A stretch of 32,000 nucleotides of DNA, taken from the NCBI RefSeq assembly GCF_000016745.1, contig NC_009483.1, forward strand, positions 2,280,001-2,312,000, written 5' to 3'. Position numbers and translations under genes: made by a program. The stretch is from Geotalea uraniireducens Rf4. Lineage in GTDB: Bacteria > Desulfobacterota > Desulfuromonadia > Geobacterales > Geobacteraceae. A model generated the notes under the pieces. The model was not told the DNA's origin, ran no database searches, and saw only the letters and a list, made by a program, of their open reading frames with translations. The number at the start of each line of letters is the position of its first letter. The first letter of the stretch is position 1. This document shows, piece by piece, positions 16,899 through 25,208 of the stretch.

Positions 16899-17076
16899 GA
16901 GCTGTAAACAAATAACATGGGCATCTTGCATCTCATCTTCAGGTCATCTTTAGCCGATCTTCAATCGCCAAATCCTCAACGTAACCGTGCTACGTCTGCG
17001 GTTTAGCTCAATCGGTTCGGCCAAATCCGACCTAAATATGAGCGCAATTTTGACCATGTTATTCATTTACAGCTCC
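16898..17076. mobile_element. MITE-like 179-bp element with 23-nt terminal inverted repeats (GGAGCTGTAAACAAATAACATGG / CCATGTTATTCATTTACAGCTCC)
   Basis: Arms at 16898-16920 and 17054-17076 are complementary except for 3 central positions. The interior is non-coding and rich in ATCTT motifs. The left arm starts at the last base of the protease gene's stop codon. Confidence 0.6.
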
Positions 17077-17146
17077 TTGGGATAAAAAAAACCGGGGAAG
17101 CAGACTATTCTGCCATCCTGGGGTATGATCCAATGGGGGAGGCGAA

Positions 17147-17449
17147 ATGAACTTGACGGAAAAGGGCCGAAAGGGAGGATGGCTGGTCTGCGGCGTCTGT
17201 TTCGTCCTGTCGGCTGCACTTCCTGCTTATGGCGGAATGGGGGCGTCGGAAGGCAAGGACCTTTGTCTCCTCTATGGCGAGAACTGTCCGGATCGTAAGG
17301 AAACCATTATCGAGATCATCGCGCGGCTGAAGTACGAGATCGCGCGGGGTGAAGCGGTCTACACCAGGAAGGAGCTCGAACGGCTTCAGCGAAAGCTCGA
17401 TGATTACGAGTGGCTACTTTTTGTGATTCTCTACGGCTCTCCGAGATAG
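17147..17449 (+). CDS. Small secreted hypothetical protein
   Basis: GGGGGAGG lies upstream of the ATG. The N-terminus is signal-like (GWLVCGVCFVLSAALPAYG) and is followed by a helical charged region. I recognise no family. Confidence 0.5.
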   Translation: MNLTEKGRKGGWLVCGVCFVLSAALPAYGGMGASEGKDLCLLYGENCPDRKETIIEIIARLKYEIARGEAVYTRKELERLQRKLDDYEWLLFVILYGSPR

Positions 17450-17470
17450 TGAGGGGAGGGGGGGTAAAAG

Positions 17471-17499
17471 ATGCGGGCGGCCACGGGGGCCGCCCGCAT
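17471..17499. terminator. GC-rich hairpin between convergent genes (bidirectional terminator candidate)
   Basis: A 12-bp stem ATGCGGGCGGCC/GGCCGCCCGCAT with a 5-nt loop. A T-run follows on the minus-strand reading (CTTTTAC), and TTATCTG follows on the plus strand. Confidence 0.7.
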
Positions 17500-17528
17500 T
17501 TATCTGCTGACAGGATCTAAATTGAGAA

Positions 17529-17975
17529 TCAGTTGTTCCGGGCCGGGGCTCCCCGTTTTCCTCTCCGTTCCAGCGCCTGCTGCCGCAGCTCATCATGCTT
17601 CTTTTGCTGCTCCGGGGTGAGGAGTTGCTGGATTTTGTCAAAGGTAGCGTTTGCGATTTCCTTAAATTTTGTCCGTTTTTCTTCCTTGTTCAGTTTCGTG
17701 TCGTTGCGCAGGTCTTTGAGTTGGCCCACTTCTTCATCAAGGATCGGCCTGATTTGCTTCTTTTGGTCCTCGCTCAGGTTGAGCCGCGAGGAGAGGCGCT
17801 GCAAACGTTGCTCCAGTCCGCCCAGTCTTTGGCCGCCTCCCCGTTTCATCACCGGTTTATCCTGCGGCTGTTGCGTGGCTGGCGAGGTCCCCTCCTCGGC
17901 ATACGCCGAGGGCGCTACAACCCCCAATGCCGCCAAAATCAGTGCTCTTCCCATAAACTTTCTAACATTGGTCAT
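17529..17975 (-). CDS. Spy/CpxP-family (LTXXQ motif) periplasmic protein
   Basis: A signal peptide is followed by LSEDQKKQI and LLTPEQQKKHDEL motifs in a helical, K/E/Q-rich protein. AAGGAGA lies upstream of ATG 17975. Confidence 0.7.
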   Translation of the reverse strand: MTNVRKFMGRALILAALGVVAPSAYAEEGTSPATQQPQDKPVMKRGGGQRLGGLEQRLQRLSSRLNLSEDQKKQIRPILDEEVGQLKDLRNDTKLNKEEKRTKFKEIANATFDKIQQLLTPEQQKKHDELRQQALERRGKRGAPARNN

Positions 17976-18206
17976 GTCCTGTTCTCCTTTCTTTATTTAT
18001 TTCTTTTATAAACGCAGATAGTTGTTTTTGGTTGACAAGGTTTGTTGGGGACGCTGCTGCTCTGAGTTGATATCTTCGGTGGATAAAAGGCGTTTTAATT
18101 AGAGGTTGCCGCCTTCATGGGACAAGTGATATATGTATGTCTGCATGTGGGCCAAACACTAAGCGTGCAGAGAGTGCGGCACGGAAGGAGGGAAAAGCTG
18201 GATTTG

Positions 18207-19790
18207 ATGGTTAAACTGACTGCAATCGTGTTGATCTGCCTGGCAACCACTTGTTTATTTGCCGATACAAAGGCAGACCCTCGTGCTGTCAGGAGCGCAA
18301 ATATTGCGGAGATCAGGAAACTGGCAATTGAGGGTCATGTTGATGCCCAGTTCTATACGGGGTTTATGTATGAAAAAGGGCAGGGCGTACTCCAGGACTA
18401 TGCCGAGGCGGTGAAATGGTATCTGAAAGCGGCCGAGCAGGGGCATGCCGGTGCGCAAATCAATGTCGGCATCATGTATTTCAAGGGGCAGGGGGTATTA
18501 CCGGATTATGCCGAGGCGGCGAAATGGTATCGAAAAGCAGCTCTTCAGGGGAATGCAAACGCTCAATTCAATCTCGGTCTGATGTGCAACAAAGGTCAAG
18601 GGGTATCCCGGGACTATGTCGAGGCGGCGAAATGGTATCTGAAAGCAGCTGAACAGGGGAATAGTGGTGCTCAATTCAATCTCGGTCTGATGTACTACAA
18701 AGGGGACGGGGTTGCACGGAACTTTGCCGAAGCCTTCACATGGTACCGGAAGGCGGCCGAACAGGGGAATGCGGGGGCCCAGTTCAGTCTGGGTTTAATG
18801 TATTATAAAGGTCAAGGAGTGCCGAAGAATTTTGCCGAGGCCGCCGCATGGTATCGTAAGTCTGCTGAGCAGGGGCATGTAGGCGCCCAGTTTAATCTGG
18901 GGTACATGTACGAAATGGAGCAAGGTGCAGTCGGAGGGAATGCCGAAGCGGCAAAATGGTACCGGAAGGCTGCTGAGCAAGGACACGCAGGCGCCCAGTC
19001 TAATCTGGGGTACATTTATGATATCGGAGAAGGGGTGCCCCAGGATCATGCCGAAGCGGCCAAATGGTACAGGAAGGCAGCCGAACAGGGAAATGCCGCT
19101 GCGCAATTAAACCTTGGGATCATGTATGATAATGGTCATGGTATCTCCCAGGACAATGCAGAAGCGGTCAAATGGTATCGCAAGGCTGCGGAACAGGGGG
19201 ATATGACCGCCCAATACAATATGGGAGTCAAGTATGCCAATGGAATCGGCGTGCCGCGCAACAATGCCGAAGCTGTCGAATGGTACCGGAAAGCCGCTGA
19301 CCAGGGGCATGAAATTTCACAGGTCAATCTTGGCCATTTATATGAAAATTCAGACGGCGTACCCCAGGACTATGCGCAAGCACTCAAATGGTATGGTAAG
19401 GCTGCCGAACAGGAAAATAGCGATGCCCAGTTCAGCTTGGGGTTAATGTATGCCAAAGGCCAGGGGACGCCACAGAACTACGCCGAAGCGGCCAAATGGT
19501 ATAGACGGGCGGCTGACCTGGGGAATGAGATTGCGTATTATAATCTGGCAATTCTCTACTATAAAGGTCTGGGTGTGGATCGGGACTATGCCGAAACAGT
19601 AAGATTGCTTAAGGAGGTCGCCGATCAGGAAGATGCAAATGTTCATTTCAGCCTGGGATATATGTATTATAAGGGGCAAGGGGTAATCGAGGACCATGCC
19701 GAAGCTTTGAAATGGTTCAGAAAAGCCGGTGATGAGGGCCTTAAAGAGGCCATGAACTATGTAAATTCAATCGAAAAGAAGGTGAAATGA
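18207..19790 (+). CDS. Secreted Sel1-like repeat (SLR/TPR-like) protein, about 13 tandem 36-aa repeats
   Basis: The repeat unit is AEAAKWYRKAAEQGxAGAQFNLGLMYYKGQGVxxxY. The start is set at ATG 18207, where the signal-like MVKLTAIVLICLATTCLFA begins. The ORF-track start at 18117 adds a non-signal extension. Confidence 0.85.
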   Translation: MVKLTAIVLICLATTCLFADTKADPRAVRSANIAEIRKLAIEGHVDAQFYTGFMYEKGQGVLQDYAEAVKWYLKAAEQGHAGAQINVGIMYFKGQGVLPDYAEAAKWYRKAALQGNANAQFNLGLMCNKGQGVSRDYVEAAKWYLKAAEQGNSGAQFNLGLMYYKGDGVARNFAEAFTWYRKAAEQGNAGAQFSLGLMYYKGQGVPKNFAEAAAWYRKSAEQGHVGAQFNLGYMYEMEQGAVGGNAEAAKWYRKAAEQGHAGAQSNLGYIYDIGEGVPQDHAEAAKWYRKAAEQGNAAAQLNLGIMYDNGHGISQDNAEAVKWYRKAAEQGDMTAQYNMGVKYANGIGVPRNNAEAVEWYRKAADQGHEISQVNLGHLYENSDGVPQDYAQALKWYGKAAEQENSDAQFSLGLMYAKGQGTPQNYAEAAKWYRRAADLGNEIAYYNLAILYYKGLGVDRDYAETVRLLKEVADQEDANVHFSLGYMYYKGQGVIEDHAEALKWFRKAGDEGLKEAMNYVNSIEKKVK

Positions 19791-19842
19791 TTTGGAAATG
19801 TACAGCATTATGTGCAGATTATCAGTGAAATGAAGACAATAA

Positions 19843-19872
19843 GGGGGAGCTGGTTCGGTTCCCCCTTTTTTC
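19843..19872 (+). terminator. Rho-independent terminator after the Sel1-repeat gene
   Basis: GGGGGA...TCCCCC stem followed by TTTTTTC. Confidence 0.7.
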
Positions 19873-19967
19873 GTGGTGATCCGTGGACGCGAGCCCTCGC
19901 CGATCATGCTCCTTGATTTGCAGAATCTCTCTTGTGCTTAAAACCAGCGCCTTGCACCCTCCCCCAG

Positions 19968-20057
19968 CCCCTCCCATCGGAGGGAGGGGAGCTTATAGTC
20001 CCCTCTCCCCTTGTGGACCCAAATTGCGGGCCTAAAGGAGAGGGCCAGGGAGAGGGG
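19968..20057. repeat. GC-rich hairpin repeats (CCCCTCCC-loop-GGGAGGGG; CCCCTCTCCCC...GGGAGAGGGG)
   Basis: Hairpin 1 is 19968-19989. Hairpin 2 has arms at 20000-20010 and 20048-20057. These are typical intergenic REP-like sequences. The 61-aa ORF over them (19932..20117) is not credible. Confidence 0.65.
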
Positions 20058-20152
20058 TATGCTGCGGACAGCAAAAAACTAACACTGTTACGTAAACTTG
20101 AGTATATTGCTTTATAGAAAAGATATATGTAGACTTGTAAAAAAAGGAATAA

Positions 20153-20324
20153 CTATTCAGCTTACTGCCAAAACCTATAACCCCACCTGTCCTCCCCTTA
20201 AGCTAAGGGGAGGGACGCAATGTTGTCGCTGTATCGGAAGTCCCAGACGAAGCCGATTTTCACGTCCCCCCTCTTAAGTTAAGAGGGGGACAGGGGGAGT
20301 TATCCATCGGTGCTGAATAGTTAC
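20153..20324. mobile_element. Nested MITE-like insertion flanked by a 12-nt direct repeat (AAAAAGGAATAA at 20141-20152 and 20325-20336)
   Basis: The outer inverted repeat is TAACTATTCAGC (20150-20161) / GCTGAATAGTTA (20312-20323). The inner element, 20176-20305, has about 40-nt TIRs, each containing a palindrome (CCCCTTAAGCTAAGGGG; CCCCTCTTAAGTTAAGAGGGG). It belongs to the same family as 10359-10460. Confidence 0.6.
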
Positions 20325-20339
20325 AAAAAGGAATAAATC

Positions 20340-21011
20340 ATGCGCATTTTAGTCGTTGAGGATGAAATTAAAACATCCGCCTTCCTGCGAAAGGGGCTGC
20401 GCGAAAGCGGATTCACCGTTGACGTTGCCAATGATGGCGAAGAAGGGCTCGATCTTGCTCTGAGCAGGGAGTACGACCTGATCATTCTCGATGTCATGCT
20501 TCCGGGGGTCGATGGATGGCAGATAATCAAGAGAATCCGCGGCACAAAGCGGGATACGCCTGTTCTTTTCCTGACGGCACGGGATGCTGTACAAGATCGA
20601 ATCAAGGGGCTGGAGTTGGGCGCAGATGATTATCTGGTCAAACCTTTTGCATTCTCCGAATTACTTGCCCGCATACGCACCATACTCCGCCGCGGCCCGG
20701 TGAGAACCCTGGAGCTGATTCGCATAGCGGATCTTGAAATCGATTTGATGGGTCATAGGGTGATGCGGGGGGGGAAACGGCTCGACTTGACCCCAAAAGA
20801 ATTTGCCCTCCTTTCTCTCCTTGCACGGCGGACAGGGGAGGTCCTTACCAGGACCCGCATTGCGGAACGAATCTGGGATATCGATTTTGAAAGCGATACG
20901 AATGTTGTCGATGTGCATATGCGCCGTCTCCGGGCAAAAGTCGATGATCCGTTCGAGCATAAACTGATTCATACCGTCCGTGGGGTGGGATATGTTCTCG
21001 AAGAGCGATAA
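20340..21011 (+). CDS. OmpR-family response regulator, heavy-metal (CusR/CopR-like) subtype
   Basis: Receiver domain ([26 protein letters not shown]) plus a winged-helix domain ([22 protein letters not shown]...[13 protein letters not shown]...[11 protein letters not shown]). Confidence 0.88.
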   Translation: MRILVVEDEIKTSAFLRKGLRESGFTVDVANDGEEGLDLALSREYDLIILDVMLPGVDGWQIIKRIRGTKRDTPVLFLTARDAVQDRIKGLELGADDYLVKPFAFSELLARIRTILRRGPVRTLELIRIADLEIDLMGHRVMRGGKRLDLTPKEFALLSLLARRTGEVLTRTRIAERIWDIDFESDTNVVDVHMRRLRAKVDDPFEHKLIHTVRGVGYVLEER

Positions 21012-22461
21012 AGAAACAACGTCTGCTGATCCTGCTCTGCTTCCCTCCAGATCCTGGTCCATTTCACGCCGTTTGATAGCCCACTATTCCCTGTCTGCTT
21101 TCTTAATTTTTAACTTGTCTATCGCTTTAGTCCATCTGGGATTAGTAACCATTACAGAAAAACAGAGTAATCGTTATCTCCAGGATGAAATTAATGTTAT
21201 AGAAAGGCTTTATAAAGCTGGTAATAATTTAAAGCGCCTTGAGCAGAAGTTAGAGGTCGGCTATGCTGCTCGCGAGTTCATGAAAACGTATGCAAGGATT
21301 CTCGATGCAAAAGGTCAGGTAATATTACAAACGCACCTGATGACTAAAGTTGTGCCTGCTACAGTTTTTTCTCAACCCAACGATAGCGGGTATCCTGACA
21401 AAGGTATCAGGTGGAAAGATGAAAACGGTAAAGTGTTTCTTTTGCGATCACTGTGGTTGGACGACGAGGGGGCGAACGGAAACCGGATAATACTTCAGAT
21501 TGCATTGGACATCAGTCACCTGGATCGGATTGTAAAGGATTTCCGTGAAGTCCTTCTGGCCGTAATCATTTTCGGGACTATAATCTCCGCAGTTCTTGCC
21601 GCCATCATTGTCCGCAAGGGGCTGCGTCCACTTAATGAGATAACGGAAAGAACCATGCATATTTCGGCGTATAACCTTGACGAGCGCATGAATATGCCTC
21701 ACTGGCCGAAAGAGGTGAAAACTTTGGCAATAGCGTTCGATGACATGCTCGACCGTTTGCAGGACTCGTTTGACCGACTGTCCAGCTACGTCTCCAATAT
21801 GGCCCACGAATTACGCACGCCGATCAATGTTCTCATGGGTGAAGCGGAGGTGGCCTTGACGAAAGCCAGATCATCCTCGGACTATCGGCGGGTAATCGAA
21901 TCGAATTTGGAAGAATACGGGCGTCTTTCCCGCATCATCGACAGTCTGCTCTTTATTGCCCGCACCGATATAAGAAAATCAACGCTTTTGCGTGAAGAAA
22001 TCATTGTCAGCCAGGAAGTAAAAAAGATTGTGGAATATTACCAGCCACTTGCAGATGATAAGGAGCTAAGCATCACCTGGACGGGAAACGCAACCTTGTC
22101 TGCCGATCCGACCCTGTTCAGGCGAGCGATCAGCAACCTTCTGTCCAATGCCATACATTATACGACTTCAGGCGGTCGCATTGAAATTTCAACCAGGCAG
22201 GCAGACAATCTCTCAATTGAAGTCACCGTGGCCGACACCGGCTGCGGCATGTGTAAAGAAGAGTTGCCGAAAATATTCGACAGATTCTATCGGATCGACG
22301 CCAGCCGCCATGTCCATCCTGAAGGGACAGGTCTTGGCCTTGCCATTGTCAAATCGATCATGGATCTCCACGGCGGAACGGTCAGCATCGAAAGCGAACC
22401 CTCCAAAGGAACTTCCATAACCCTTAAATTTCCCCCGCCAAACATTACGAAATCGTCATAA
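20992..22461 (+). CDS. Heavy-metal-sensor-type histidine kinase (CusS/CopS-like)
   Basis: Two TM segments flank a periplasmic domain, followed by HAMP, the H-box [12 protein letters not shown], and N and G boxes ([21 protein letters not shown]). The start is taken as ATG 20992, overlapping the regulator gene by 20 nt. GTG 20980 is also possible. Confidence 0.88.
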   Translation: MFSKSDKETTSADPALLPSRSWSISRRLIAHYSLSAFLIFNLSIALVHLGLVTITEKQSNRYLQDEINVIERLYKAGNNLKRLEQKLEVGYAAREFMKTYARILDAKGQVILQTHLMTKVVPATVFSQPNDSGYPDKGIRWKDENGKVFLLRSLWLDDEGANGNRIILQIALDISHLDRIVKDFREVLLAVIIFGTIISAVLAAIIVRKGLRPLNEITERTMHISAYNLDERMNMPHWPKEVKTLAIAFDDMLDRLQDSFDRLSSYVSNMAHELRTPINVLMGEAEVALTKARSSSDYRRVIESNLEEYGRLSRIIDSLLFIARTDIRKSTLLREEIIVSQEVKKIVEYYQPLADDKELSITWTGNATLSADPTLFRRAISNLLSNAIHYTTSGGRIEISTRQADNLSIEVTVADTGCGMCKEELPKIFDRFYRIDASRHVHPEGTGLGLAIVKSIMDLHGGTVSIESEPSKGTSITLKFPPPNITKSS

Positions 22462-22537
22462 AGATGTAACATTATTGAAAGCGCTATTCCGCAAAATTAA
22501 CCCACCCCCTGTGTTAACCCAAGACGAATGGTTTTAC

Positions 22538-22568
22538 AAAATGCCCTGCCTTAGCAGGGCATTTTTTG
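22538..22568 (+). terminator. Rho-independent terminator after the histidine kinase gene
   Basis: AAAATGCCCTGC-CTTA-GCAGGGCAT stem-loop followed by TTTTTGTTT. Confidence 0.8.
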
Positions 22569-22633
22569 TTTACGCCATTTTACCTTAATGAATTCAATAG
22601 CCTGCAAGTAGTCGTGTATCCATGTTTTCGACT

Positions 22634-22649
22634 TGGCACTTCCTATGCT
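22634..22649 (+). promoter_or_regulatory. Candidate sigma54 (-24/-12) promoter TGGCAC-N5-ATGCT upstream of the NHL/omcS cluster
   Basis: In TGGCACTTCCTATGCT, GG (22635-22636) and GC (22647-22648) have the canonical spacing of the TGGCACG-N4-TTGCW consensus. It lies about 80 nt upstream of ATG 22730. No enhancer-binding protein gene is visible in the window. Confidence 0.4.
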
Positions 22650-22729
22650 CTTACCTTTTATGAAACCTGACTAAAACAGTCGATAAATATTAAGCTGTAC
22701 ACACGGATTCCGAACTTTCTGAGGGTCCA

Positions 22730-23698
22730 ATGCGAACCATGGGTGAATTGGTGAACAGAATAAAATACGGTCATCTGCTCCTTTCGACAGTACTAGTTCT
22801 TATTGTGCTTTCTACCCCTGTCTTGGGCGGAGAGATCAAGGCGGATTATCTTTACAAACTTTCGGACTTTACCGGCGTTGTACCCTACAGCTGGGTCCGG
22901 CCGGTCGTTGACAGGAAGACCCATGAGATTTACGTCGCAAACTTCAGTGAACGGTCAATACGGGTGTTTAACGAGAATGGGATGCTGGTTTATGAATTCG
23001 GCGATGACATCAATATCGGCAATCTTTACGACCTGGCAATAGCTGACGACGGGAATATCCTCCTGCTTTCTTATAAGGGGACGGCATACGCATTAACAAA
23101 ATGCAATTTCCGCGGGGAACCCATCTCCACCCTTGAGGTGAGAAACCTCCCTCCATCCTTTTCTAAAGATTTCACCCCTACCGTCATTTTCTACCATGGG
23201 GGGCACATCTACCTGGCGGATAAAGAGGCGATGAAGGTCGTGGTTGCCGACGCCAACGGTGATTTTATCGATGGTTACGATCTGGCAGCCATCCTTGAAT
23301 TCGATGATAAAAAGAAGCAGGATTCCGGCCTGGTCGGCTTCAGCGTGGATAGGGAAGGAAACCTGCTCTTTACCGTTCCCGTTATCTTTCAGGCGTACAT
23401 TGTTTCTCCCGACCGGAAGGTTCGGAGTTTCGGAGCACGGGGGAGCAGTCCGGGCAAGTTCAATATTGTCGGCGGTATCGTAGCTGATGACAAGGGAACT
23501 ATCTACGTTACCGATACCTTGAGATGTGTCGTCATGATCTTCGACAAGGATTTCAACTTCAAGACCGAGTTCGGCTATCGGGGGGGCGCCAAGGATAATC
23601 TGATCTCGCCCATGGAGCTGGCAATCGATGGCGACAGGCTGTATGTAACCCAGAGCAGGAACCGGGGAGTCAGCGTCTTCAGAATCACGGCCAACTGA
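22730..23698 (+). CDS. Secreted NHL-repeat beta-propeller protein
   Basis: An N-terminal signal/anchor is followed by repeated NHL-like blades (e.g. GKFNIVGGIVADDKGTIYVTDTLRCVVMIFDKD, ISPMELAIDGDRLYVTQSRNRGVSVFRI). It has no CXXCH. Confidence 0.8.
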   Translation: MRTMGELVNRIKYGHLLLSTVLVLIVLSTPVLGGEIKADYLYKLSDFTGVVPYSWVRPVVDRKTHEIYVANFSERSIRVFNENGMLVYEFGDDINIGNLYDLAIADDGNILLLSYKGTAYALTKCNFRGEPISTLEVRNLPPSFSKDFTPTVIFYHGGHIYLADKEAMKVVVADANGDFIDGYDLAAILEFDDKKKQDSGLVGFSVDREGNLLFTVPVIFQAYIVSPDRKVRSFGARGSSPGKFNIVGGIVADDKGTIYVTDTLRCVVMIFDKDFNFKTEFGYRGGAKDNLISPMELAIDGDRLYVTQSRNRGVSVFRITAN

Positions 23699-23877
23699 GC
23701 TGTTCCGGCCACTCTTGAACAAAGAAAAAGGAGGTGAAAGACATGAGCGGGTAAAAAGACAAACGGTCATCGGTCAGAAGTAAGCTGTATGAAAGACGTA
23801 AAACAAAGAAAGTGGCAAAAAAACAAGAAAACGGAACAAACCAACTAATCAGTTAAGAAATCAAGGAGATATAACAA

Positions 23878-25134
23878 ATGAAATCATCGAAGATTTTATT
23901 GGCAGCAGCGCTCCTCACCTTTGCAGCGGCCGGCAATGCGCTCGCTTTCCATGACGGCGGCGTTGCAACGTGCGACAGCTGTCATACCATGCACAACTCA
24001 TCCGGCGGTGTAAAGATGACGGTTAACAATCAGGCTACCGGCGCCGGCAACGCATACCTCCTCCAGGGAAGCGACCAGAGCTCCACCTGCCTCAAGTGCC
24101 ACTCTGCCGCTACTTTAGGTAGCTATAAAGTTGCCACCAACCCGATTCCTGCGGCCGGCATTCCACCCGTCCAATTCACCCCGGGCGGCGACTTTTCCTG
24201 GCTGCAGAAAACCTTTGGCACGAGCCTCGGGGAGCGGCATGGTCACAACATCATCGCCGGCGACTTCGGCTATGTGGTTGATGCCAAGTTAGCGACCGCA
24301 CCTGGCGGTTCTTATCCTGCAGCAAACCTTGCCTGCAGCAGCTGTCACGATCCCCACGGCAAGTACAGGATCATGGACGCTGCCGGCACTACCGTTGCTA
24401 CTACCGGCAAGCCCATTTTCGACTCAGGCTCTTACGGAGTACTGCCGACAGCCACTGAGGCAGTTGGCGTTTACCGGCTGCTCGCCGGTGTAGGCTATCA
24501 GCCGGTTTCTTTGAGCGGCAACTTCGCCTTTGCCAACAATGTGCCGATCGCCGTGGCTCCGTCCACTTACAACAGGTCTGAAGCTACTTCCGATACCAGG
24601 GTAGCCTATGGCCAGGGCATGTCCGAGTGGTGTTCCAACTGCCACAGCGGTCTGCATAATGTCAACTATCCGACCAGCCTTATCCACCCTGCAGGCAACG
24701 GCGCCAAGTTTTCTTCCGACATCGTCAACAACTACAACTCCTACAAAGCTTCCGGCGACCTGACCGGGACCATTGCCACCTCCTATTCCTCCATGGTTCC
24801 TTACGAAGAAGGCATTACCGACCTGGCTACCCTGGCAGCCAATGGCGCCACAACTACGGGCATGTCGACCTCCAACAACGTCATGTGTCTCTCCTGCCAC
24901 AGGGCCCACGCATCCGGCTGGGACAGCATGACCAGGTGGAACAACAAGGCTGAATTCCTTACCCTGGCCGGCGTCTATCCCGGCAGCGACTCGGCCAATG
25001 CCGAAGCAGCCGTCACAAAGTATCACGGCGGCAGGACTACAGCTGAAGTTCAGGCGACCTTCTACAACAGACCGGCAACCGCTTATGCCACCTATCAGCG
25101 TTCACTGTGCAACAAGTGTCACGCCAAAGACTAA
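23878..25134 (+). CDS. omcS: OmcS-family secreted hexaheme c-type cytochrome (nanowire subunit homolog)
   Basis: Signal peptide MKSSKILLAAALLTFAAAGNALA. There are six CXXCH motifs (C32, C71, C153, C252, C337, C411). Long blocks match my recollection of G. sulfurreducens OmcS: FH.GGVA.C..CHTMHNS, TAPGG..PA..L.CSSCHDPHGKYR, AVAPSTYNR.EAT..TRVAYGQGMSEWC.NCH, HPAGNGAKF, CLSCHRAHASG.DSMTR, and YQR.LCNKCHAKD at the C-terminus. AAGGAGA RBS. Confidence 0.88.
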   Translation: MKSSKILLAAALLTFAAAGNALAFHDGGVATCDSCHTMHNSSGGVKMTVNNQATGAGNAYLLQGSDQSSTCLKCHSAATLGSYKVATNPIPAAGIPPVQFTPGGDFSWLQKTFGTSLGERHGHNIIAGDFGYVVDAKLATAPGGSYPAANLACSSCHDPHGKYRIMDAAGTTVATTGKPIFDSGSYGVLPTATEAVGVYRLLAGVGYQPVSLSGNFAFANNVPIAVAPSTYNRSEATSDTRVAYGQGMSEWCSNCHSGLHNVNYPTSLIHPAGNGAKFSSDIVNNYNSYKASGDLTGTIATSYSSMVPYEEGITDLATLAANGATTTGMSTSNNVMCLSCHRAHASGWDSMTRWNNKAEFLTLAGVYPGSDSANAEAAVTKYHGGRTTAEVQATFYNRPATAYATYQRSLCNKCHAKD

Positions 25135-25178
25135 GGTGGTCATGGCGTAACAATGGGATTTTCCTGCAATGCTTGACT

Positions 25179-25208
25179 GGGGCCGGCTTTATGCCGGCCC
25201 TGCTTTTC
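25179..25208 (+). terminator. Intrinsic terminator-like hairpin directly after the cytochrome gene (probable attenuator within the cluster)
   Basis: GGGCCGGC-TTTAT-GCCGGCCC stem followed by TGCTTTTC, about 45 nt after the stop. Confidence 0.65.

Noticed and set aside
16206-16931. 241-aa minus-strand ORF
   Set aside because: It is antisense to the retropepsin-like gene, which has a signal peptide and the DTGAT catalytic motif.
19968-20305. A CRISPR array, suggested by recurring GC-rich palindromic repeats
   Set aside because: The repeats are of different sequence, irregularly spaced and arranged as inverted pairs (MITE/REP-like). There are no uniform repeat-spacer units and no cas genes.
22538-22568. 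CusR/CopR-box-like palindrome (AAAATG...CATTTT)
   Set aside because: Only the outer AAAATG/CATTTT resembles the E. coli CusR box. The inner sequence and spacing differ. A GC stem plus a T-run right after the kinase stop is more simply a terminator.
23093-23770. 225-aa minus-strand ORF
   Set aside because: It is antisense to the NHL-repeat gene and has no motifs.
23699-23877. A GEMM-I type cyclic dinucleotide riboswitch upstream of the cytochrome gene (these are known upstream of several Geobacter cytochrome genes)
   Set aside because: I could not find the paired P1/P2 hairpins, a GNRA tetraloop/receptor arrangement or GC-rich stems. The leader is almost unstructured A-rich sequence. A covariance-model scan (Rfam GEMM-I) would settle it.
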